The notes beneath the pieces are model-generated. The model was not told where the DNA came from and did no database searches. It saw only the letters and a list, made by a program, of their open reading frames with translations. Both the position numbers and the translations under genes were made by a program. From Candidatus Doudnabacteria bacterium (GTDB lineage: Bacteria; Patescibacteriota; Doudnabacteria; UBA920; VMFF01), in assembly GCA_963840645.1 (NCBI GenBank), contig CAWIZL010000002.1:209663-273662 (forward strand): a DNA stretch of 64,000 nucleotides. The letters run 5' to 3'. Below, one piece after another: positions 57,897 through 64,000 of this stretch; positions within the stretch are counted from its first letter, which is position 1; the number at the start of each line of letters is the position of its first letter.

Positions 57897-58493
57897 ATGG
57901 ATAAAAAGCCTTCAAAAGGTGAGTACTTAGAGACCTTGCTGAGATCTCCAAAGACAGTCTTTTCGACCAAAGACGTTGCTTTGCTGTGGGCAGAAGAGAA
58001 AGAATCAACAATTACGGCTAGGCTGAACAAGTACGTGAAAGCTGGGAAACTGGTCAGGGTTCGACGCGGCTTTTATGCAAAGGACAAGGGCTATGACCGC
58101 TTTGAGCTGGCAACGCGTATCTATACCCCATCGTACATCAGCTTTGAAACAGTCTTGACCCGCGAGGGGGTCAACTTTCAGTACTACGGCAACATCTTTG
58201 TCGCATCGTACATAAATCGTGAAATCCAAGTTGGCGATCAGAAAATAACCTTCGTCCGTATGAAGAAGTACGTGCTGAGCAACACCATGGGCATTGAGCA
58301 CATCGGCAACATCGCCAGGGCGACCAAAGAGCGCGCTTTCTTAGACCGCATCTACGTCAGCAAGGATTACCACTTCGATAACTTAGATAGCTTGGACTGG
58401 AAAAAAGTTTTGGAGATTGCGCCGATCTACCACAACAAACGGCTGACCAAAAAGGTGGATGAGTACATGCAGCACTTCAAAAGTAACACGTAA
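57897..58493 (+). CDS. AbiEi-family antitoxin/transcriptional regulator (type IV toxin-antitoxin, abortive infection)
   Basis: The N-terminal wHTH reads FSTKDVALLWAEEKESTITARLNKYVKAGKLVRVRRGFYA. It lies 5 nt upstream of an AbiEii gene. Confidence 0.75.
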   Translation: MDKKPSKGEYLETLLRSPKTVFSTKDVALLWAEEKESTITARLNKYVKAGKLVRVRRGFYAKDKGYDRFELATRIYTPSYISFETVLTREGVNFQYYGNIFVASYINREIQVGDQKITFVRMKKYVLSNTMGIEHIGNIARATKERAFLDRIYVSKDYHFDNLDSLDWKKVLEIAPIYHNKRLTKKVDEYMQHFKSNT

Positions 58494-58498
58494 AAATC

Positions 58499-59197
58499 AT
58501 GACGCTGAATTACTCAAAGCATAGAGAGGTGCTCCTGCAAATCCTGAAAGATGTATACTCAGATTCTTCCATTGCTCCATACTTGGGTTTCAAGGGTGGC
58601 ACGGCTGCGCTCCTGTTCTACGGACTAGACCGCAATTCTGTAGACTTGGACTTCGATTTATTAGATGAAAGTAAAGAAGAGTTCGTGTTCGAGAAACTTC
58701 AAAAGGTTGCCGCAAGCCATGGCACGCTCACCGATTCGCACGTGAAGAAGTTCAACATGCTGAACGTCATCTCGTATGCTCCTGGTGCGCAGAAGGTAAA
58801 GCTGGAGGTGAACCGCCGAAATTTTGGATCGCACTACGAGGTGAAAACTTTGCTCGGCATATCAATGCTCGTGATGGTTGAGGCTGACATGTACGCGCAC
58901 AAGCTCATGGCAATGTACGAGCGGGTCGGCAAGACGAGCCGCGATATCTTCGACGTGTACTTCTTCGAGAAGAGGCACTGGGAAATCAATAAAACCATTG
59001 TTGAGGGTCGATCGGGCATGTCTTTCAGGAAGACGCTCGCTGCCTGCATCGATCTGCTTGAAAAAATGGACAACCGTCACATCCTCGATGGTTTGGGTGA
59101 GATGCTCACCGAGTCTCAGAAAGGCTGGGTACGGGCAAAGCTAAAGGAAGAAACCATTTTTTTGCTGAGGGTGAAAATGGATGGCTTGGAAAAGTAG
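58499..59197 (+). CDS. Nucleotidyltransferase AbiEii/AbiGii toxin family protein (DUF1814)
   Basis: LGFKGGTAALLFYGLDRNSVDLDFDL ... MYAHKLMAMYERVGKTSRDIFDVYFF. Confidence 0.8.
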   Translation: MTLNYSKHREVLLQILKDVYSDSSIAPYLGFKGGTAALLFYGLDRNSVDLDFDLLDESKEEFVFEKLQKVAASHGTLTDSHVKKFNMLNVISYAPGAQKVKLEVNRRNFGSHYEVKTLLGISMLVMVEADMYAHKLMAMYERVGKTSRDIFDVYFFEKRHWEINKTIVEGRSGMSFRKTLAACIDLLEKMDNRHILDGLGEMLTESQKGWVRAKLKEETIFLLRVKMDGLEK

Positions 59198-59243
59198 CTC
59201 TAATAAAACACAAAGCACCACCTTTGAGGTGATGCGTTCTGTT

Positions 59244-59318
<75 letters not shown>

Positions 59319-59409
59319 ATATGGATACATAAGTTAACTTGGGTATTTTAGCAGTGCCAGCTGATTTTATCAAGTTTGCTAAAGGCTGCCCCACATATAT
59401 AATAGAGCT

Positions 59410-60345
59410 ATGATCACAGAAGAACACAAGCCACTGCACGGCTACCAGCTGCTCGACAGCGGGGATGGCCTGCGCCTGGAGAAGTTTGGGGAGTACACGC
59501 TGGTGCGGCCAGATCCAGGTGTCCTTTGGAAGAAAGACCTGCCAAATGCAGAGTGGGACGTTACTGATGCAGTGTACACCAGGAAAGGCGAACAGGATAA
59601 AGGCCTGCCCGACGAAGTCCAGCGCAGCTGGACGAAGTCTGGCGGGTGGAAGCTCATCAGCGAGGTTCCTGAAAAGTGGCCCATGCACTACGGCACTGGC
59701 GAATCTGCCATCACCTTTTACGCAGGCCTCACGCCATTCAAGCACACTGGCGTTTTTCCAGAGCAAGCTGCAAACTGGGATTTCATGGCAGAAAAGATCG
59801 AGGCACACAGCCTGGACCGCCTGAAGGTTCTCAACCTGTTTGGCTACACTGGCATTGCGAGCGTGCTGTGCGCAAAGCTTGGCTGCGACGTCACGCACGT
59901 CGATGCTTCAAAGCCTTCCATTGCGTGGGCAAAGGAAAACATGGCAGCATCTGGCTTGCCTGGTAACGCCATTCGCTGGATGCTCGATGACGCGCTCAAG
60001 TTTGTGGCGCGCGAGGCGAGGCGTGGCGCAAAGTACAATGCGGTAATTCTAGATCCGCCAGCATTTGGCCGTGGCGCTTCGAGCGAGGTGTGGAAGTTTG
60101 CAGAGGATCTGCCAAAACTGCTGAACGTGCTCGGCGACATCATGGAGACAGGCAAAGACTTTGCGTTCGTTGTGATCAACGCGTACGCAGTGTCGTCGTC
60201 ATCACTGCTCCTGAAAAATTTAATGGATGATTTTGCCATCAAGCTTGAGCTAGACCGCGACCATAAAATAGACTACGGCGAGCTGGTGCTCAAGCAGAAG
60301 AGCGGGCGGGTGCTGTCAACCGGAATTTTCGCGAGGCTCTACTAA
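59410..60345 (+). CDS. Class I SAM-dependent methyltransferase (RlmI/RlmK-like rRNA methyltransferase family)
   Basis: VLNLFGYTGIASVLCAKLGCDVTHVDASK...YNAVILDPPAFGRG. Confidence 0.8.
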   Translation: MITEEHKPLHGYQLLDSGDGLRLEKFGEYTLVRPDPGVLWKKDLPNAEWDVTDAVYTRKGEQDKGLPDEVQRSWTKSGGWKLISEVPEKWPMHYGTGESAITFYAGLTPFKHTGVFPEQAANWDFMAEKIEAHSLDRLKVLNLFGYTGIASVLCAKLGCDVTHVDASKPSIAWAKENMAASGLPGNAIRWMLDDALKFVAREARRGAKYNAVILDPPAFGRGASSEVWKFAEDLPKLLNVLGDIMETGKDFAFVVINAYAVSSSSLLLKNLMDDFAIKLELDRDHKIDYGELVLKQKSGRVLSTGIFARLY

Positions 60346-60354
60346 CGACTTTCA

Positions 60355-61071
60355 ATGGTGGAAATTTACCCAGATCAAGACGAGCTGGCAAGCGCTGCCG
60401 CTCTGCACTTTGCGGAAAGTGTGAGTGCGACGATTGCCGCGTGCGGGTGGGCAACTGTTGCGCTGTCTGGTGGATCAACGCCAGCAAAAATGTTCTTTGC
60501 GCTCGTTGACGAAGATGTTGACTGGCAGCACGTGCACTTTTTCTGGAGCGATGAGCGCGAGGTTCCACCAAGCGATGCCACGAGCAACTTTAAGCTGGCG
60601 AACGACTTGCTGCTGTCACGGGTGAACGTGCCTGTCGAGAACGTTCACCGCGTGCGCGCAGAGCTCGGTGCAAAAGTTGCGGCAGAGCAGTACCAGGATG
60701 AAATTTTGAAGACGTTTGCGCTGTACTCGCGGCTTGATGGCGTTCCAGCATTTGATTTAATTTTCCTAGGTCTTGGCGATGACGGGCACGTGGCGTCGCT
60801 TTTCCCTGGCACTGCTGCACTGGCTGAGAAGGGGAGATTGGTTGTTGCGAACCACGTTGAGCAGCTGAAGGCGAACAGAATCACGTTCACGCTGCCTCTA
60901 ATTAATGCAGCCCACGAGGTTGTTTTCTTGGTTGCAGGGCACCAAAAGGCAAGCCGCGTGAAGGAAATTGTTTGCTCCACGGGCGCTGGCAAAGCCCTGC
61001 TGCCAGCTGCGTTGGTTGACCCTGACCGCTCAACGTGGATGCTCGATGCCCAGGCAGCAGGCATGCTATAA
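60355..61071 (+). CDS. pgl: 6-phosphogluconolactonase
   Basis: VALSGGSTPAKMF, VHFFWSDEREVP, FLGLGDDGHVASLFPG. Confidence 0.9.
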   Translation: MVEIYPDQDELASAAALHFAESVSATIAACGWATVALSGGSTPAKMFFALVDEDVDWQHVHFFWSDEREVPPSDATSNFKLANDLLLSRVNVPVENVHRVRAELGAKVAAEQYQDEILKTFALYSRLDGVPAFDLIFLGLGDDGHVASLFPGTAALAEKGRLVVANHVEQLKANRITFTLPLINAAHEVVFLVAGHQKASRVKEIVCSTGAGKALLPAALVDPDRSTWMLDAQAAGML

Positions 61072-61096
61072 TGTAAGTACCAGCTAACAAAACTAC

Positions 61097-62008
61097 ATGG
61101 CGAAACAAAAACAGCAAATTGAGGTTCCGGGCGATGTGCCAAAAGAGGCGCAGGCTCTCTACGAGAAAAACTACCTTGCCGTGACGCACGGCGTTGGCCG
61201 CATGATGCTGTTTGCGGGCGACCAAAAAGTGGAGCACATGAACGATGACTTCATTGACGTTGAGCACCTGTTCAAAATAGCAGCAGCTGCAAAAATTTCT
61301 TGCTTTGCATCAGAGCTTGGCACGATTGCGCGCTACGGCAGGTCGTACCCAAACGTGCCGTACCTCATTAAGATGAACTCAAAGAGCAATGCAGTGCCAA
61401 CCTCAGAGGCAGACCCGGTGAGCCTTGCGTGGTTTGACGTTGACGACGTTGTGGCATTCAAAGAGTCGAGCGGCCTGAACGTCGTGGGCATTGGCTACAC
61501 AGTGTACGTTGGCAGCCTGCACGAGAACGAAATGCTGCGCGAGGTGGCGAACTTAATTTTCCAGGCGCACAGGCACGGACTGGTTGCGTGCGTGTGGATG
61601 TACCCGCAGGGCGAGGCAGTTAAAGACGAAACAGATCCGCACACCATTGCAGGTGCCACGAGCATTGCGTGCTGCCTCGGCGCAGACTTCGTGAAGGTGA
61701 AGTTTCCAAAGCTGAAGGGTGCTGCTGCGCAGACGCCGGAGGATCGTGCAAAATCTTTTGCCGAAGCTGTGGCTGCAGCTGGTCCGCGCACGAAGGTCAT
61801 TTGCTCTGGTGGCGAGAAAATGGCACCAGAAGCTTTCCTGCAGCAGCTGTGGGATCAAATTCACATCAGCGGTTGCGCTGGCAATGCGACAGGCCGCAAC
61901 ATCCACGAGCGCCCGTTCGACGAAGCTGTGCGGTTCGCGGACGCCGTGTACGCTCTTACCATTGACGATGCTTCGGTCGCAGGTGCGCTTAAAATTCTTC
62001 ACGGCTAA
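61097..62008 (+). CDS. Class I aldolase of the DhnA/FbaB (DeoC/LacD-superfamily) type, probable fructose-bisphosphate aldolase
   Basis: LFAGDQKVEH, LIKMNSKSN, GYTVYVGS, GADFVKVKFP (candidate Schiff-base Lys region). A TGCTATAAT promoter element is at 61064-61072. Confidence 0.75.
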   Translation: MAKQKQQIEVPGDVPKEAQALYEKNYLAVTHGVGRMMLFAGDQKVEHMNDDFIDVEHLFKIAAAAKISCFASELGTIARYGRSYPNVPYLIKMNSKSNAVPTSEADPVSLAWFDVDDVVAFKESSGLNVVGIGYTVYVGSLHENEMLREVANLIFQAHRHGLVACVWMYPQGEAVKDETDPHTIAGATSIACCLGADFVKVKFPKLKGAAAQTPEDRAKSFAEAVAAAGPRTKVICSGGEKMAPEAFLQQLWDQIHISGCAGNATGRNIHERPFDEAVRFADAVYALTIDDASVAGALKILHG

Positions 62009-62873
62009 TGGCCGATCGTCCAAAAACTAAAATTCTTTTAGACAGCGGCGACCCAGCCGAGACAGCTCGCGCTCGCGAGCTGCTCGGGTTTTTAGACGGG
62101 CAGACAACAAACCCATCGCTCGTTGCGAAAGACCCAGAGATTGTGGCGCTCGTTGCATCTGGCCAAAAGCTCACCGCTGCAGCGCAAACAGTAGAGTACA
62201 AAAAAATTGTCGGGGAAATTTCGCCCCTGGTTGGCGGTGCCGGCGTATCTATAGAGGTGTACGCTGACATGGGTTCAAAGGCTGACGATTTGTACGCCCA
62301 AGGCCGTGAAATGTTCTCGTGGATTCCAAATGCGTACGTGAAGTACCCGTGCCTGCCAGCTGGGTTTGAGGCAGCCCAGAAGTCTGTTGCCGATGGCACG
62401 CGCGTGAACATGACCCTGTGCTTTTCTGAAGCACAGGCTGCTGCTGTGTACGCTGCCACCGTTGGCAGCAAATCGCCAGTCTATGTTTCGCCGTTCGTTG
62501 GCCGCCTCGATGACATTGGCTTGAACGGCATGGGCAGCTCATCAAGAATATTTTGGAGATGTACAAAGGCGGCGATGGGCACGTCAAAGTTTTGGTTGCC
62601 AGCGTGCGCAGCCTAGACCACTTAATGTGCTCGTTTGCGCTGGGCGCTGATTTGGCCACAGTGCCACTGAAAATTTTAGAGGAGTGGGCGAGCGCTGGCA
62701 TGCCACTGCCAGGCGCCGGTTACGTTTACGGTGGCGCTGCGAGCCTTGCGCCAATTGCGCACGAGCAGCTCGATTTAACCCAGCCGTGGACGAGCTTCAA
62801 CATCCACCACGACCTGACAGACAAGGGGATTGCGAAGTTTGTAGAAGACTATAGGAAAACAGTTCAGGGCTAG
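62008..62873 (+). CDS. tal: Transaldolase family protein, with one frameshift at about 62530 (ORF pieces 62008..62616 and 62553..62873)
   Basis: ILLDSGDPAE, GQTTNPSL, YVKYPC, NMTLCFS, YVSPFVGRLDDIGLNGM / LIKNILEMYKGGDGHVKVLVASVRS. Confidence 0.85.
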
Positions 62874-62893
62874 CAGAGCCAGCCGCGGCCTCG

Positions 62894-63568
62894 CTAGTTG
62901 TCTCTGCTTATCTTGTACCCAACGTTGTTCACGGTCTTCACGAGCGTGGTTGAGTACGGCTTGTCGATTTTTTCGCGGAGGTGGTGAATGTGCACGTCCA
63001 CAACGTTGGTGTAGCGTTCAATGGTTGGACCCCAAACGTAGTTCATGATCATGTCACGCGTGAGCACCTGCCCCTCGTGGCGGATGAGGTACTCTAGAAT
63101 TTTAATTTCTTTCTCGCGCATTGGCACGACCTTGCCGCGCCGCGTGACCTGGTGCGACTTGAAGTCAATGGTGATGTCGTCAAAGGTGATGGTATCGAGC
63201 ACCTCAACGCTGTGCTTGCGCAGGGCTGCGCGGATCCGCGCCATGAGCTCGCCAAACTCGAACGGCTTTGTGACGTAGTCGTCAGCGCCCAGCCCGAACA
63301 CGCGCACCTTTGTGCCCATGTCGCTCACGCCGGTGACCACAATTATTGGGACGTTATGTTTGGCAAACCTGAGCTGCTTCAGAATCTCATCGCCATTTTT
63401 TTCTGGCAGCAGCAGGTCCAGCACAATGAGGTCGTAGCTCTGCGACGCTGCGAGCCTGAGGCCACGCGTGCCGTTCGATGCAGTGTCAACGTCAATGCGC
63501 TCGTTCTGCAATCCCCAGGTAATAACTTTTGTAATGGATGGGTCGTCTTCGACCAGTAGTATTTTCAT
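62894..63568 (-). CDS. OmpR/PhoB-family two-component response regulator
   Basis: MKILLVEDDPSI..LIVLDLLLP..ADDYVTKPF, plus the winged-helix LTRDMIMNYVWG...VDVHIHHLREKI. The ATG at 63568 is chosen. Confidence 0.9.
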   Translation of the reverse strand: MKILLVEDDPSITKVITWGLQNERIDVDTASNGTRGLRLAASQSYDLIVLDLLLPEKNGDEILKQLRFAKHNVPIIVVTGVSDMGTKVRVFGLGADDYVTKPFEFGELMARIRAALRKHSVEVLDTITFDDITIDFKSHQVTRRGKVVPMREKEIKILEYLIRHEGQVLTRDMIMNYVWGPTIERYTNVVDVHIHHLREKIDKPYSTTLVKTVNNVGYKISRDN

Positions 63569-63695
63569 AGGGCAATCGTACAGTGCGCACGTTCGTGAAG
63601 TCAAAAAAGTTAATCTGCATTTAATCTCTTGCGGGTTAAATGCAGTTAATGTCTAAATTTATTAATGAAATGAATGAATTTAATCACGGCCGTAG

Positions 63696-64000
63696 CTAGG
63701 CAATGAGCTGTCCATACTTGAGCGAGGATACAGTTTTGATAACTTCGCTGAAGTTATCCCCAGGATCAACACGCTGCGGGGGAAACGCGTTCACCAGGAA
63801 CGGTTCGAACGGGACGCCGTTCATCACTCCCTTTAAGTAGAACGAGTGGAGGGGTACGTTCTGCAAATCGCCCTCGTCAATTGGTGCCATCTCAGTTTTC
63901 AGGAACGCTGCGTCAGCTGCGCCAACCTGGAAGCAGATGAACGTGCCAACGTTGCCAAGCACTGCGCCACGAATTTTTTCTGGCAGCTGCTCTATGTACT
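63696..64000 (-). CDS. C-terminal fragment of a P-loop ATPase resembling type IV secretion coupling (VirD4/TraG-like) or HerA/FtsK-type proteins; the 5' part lies outside the window
   Basis: The ORF is open to the window edge. It reads ..LPEKIRGAVLGNVGTFICFQVGAADAAFL...; assignment is by resemblance only. Confidence 0.4.
   Translation of the reverse strand, partial: YIEQLPEKIRGAVLGNVGTFICFQVGAADAAFLKTEMAPIDEGDLQNVPLHSFYLKGVMNGVPFEPFLVNAFPPQRVDPGDNFSEVIKTVSSLKYGQLIA

Overview
This 64-kb window comes from a streamlined bacterial genome. The gene content points to Patescibacteria/CPR, probably Saccharibacteria-like; this is inference from content, with no search run. Supporting features are a 23S-5S rRNA locus with no adjacent 16S gene, introns and expansion segments in the 23S, type IV pilin-like genes, many Pro/Thr-rich secreted proteins and small membrane proteins, pentose-phosphate genes, and little biosynthesis. 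The standard code fits, with TGA used as a stop. Order of contents: a surface protein and a minor-pilin cluster (1-3.8 kb); LysM protein and ligA; a 4.67-kb 23S rRNA plus 5S (6.9-11.9 kb); endonuclease Q; tRNA-Ser, dnaG, rpoD; Nudix; gnd-zwf; FAD oxidase, beta-CASP MBL hydrolase and ABC exporter; DsbA/DsbB; a G1 glutamic peptidase and large surface proteins; csp; a MarR-MFP-MFP-MFS efflux operon; ZIP transporter; small stress proteins; a second MFS; HAD; DksA/TraR; a DWF1-like FAD reductase plus cfa-like methyltransferase pair; a PcsB-like hydrolase; ArsR-SRPBCC; lipoproteins; an accessory island next to tRNA-Asn that carries AbiEi/AbiEii; pgl, aldolase and tal; a response regulator; and a truncated T4SS-coupling-like ATPase. 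The strongest observations follow. (1) The 23S rRNA carries two homologous group I introns at E. coli-equivalent sites 1917 and 1931, separated by a 14-nt micro-exon, with a LAGLIDADG gene in the first intron only. (2) A roughly 370-nt expansion at helix 63 contains a tRNA-like acceptor/T-arm/CCA module. (3) At least about 24 single-nucleotide frameshifts are inferred, including in ligA and rpoD. Assembly indel errors are the most likely cause, and this affects every ORF call. (4) The BfaA/BfaB-like gene pair suggests tailoring of scavenged lipids. (5) A family of conserved long bidirectional terminator hairpins sits at convergent gene pairs. (6) The tRNA-Asn island holds uncharacterised genes, including a Nudix-DUF3750-like fusion and a 3-gene membrane operon. 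I did not recognise a clearly new multi-gene system beyond these.
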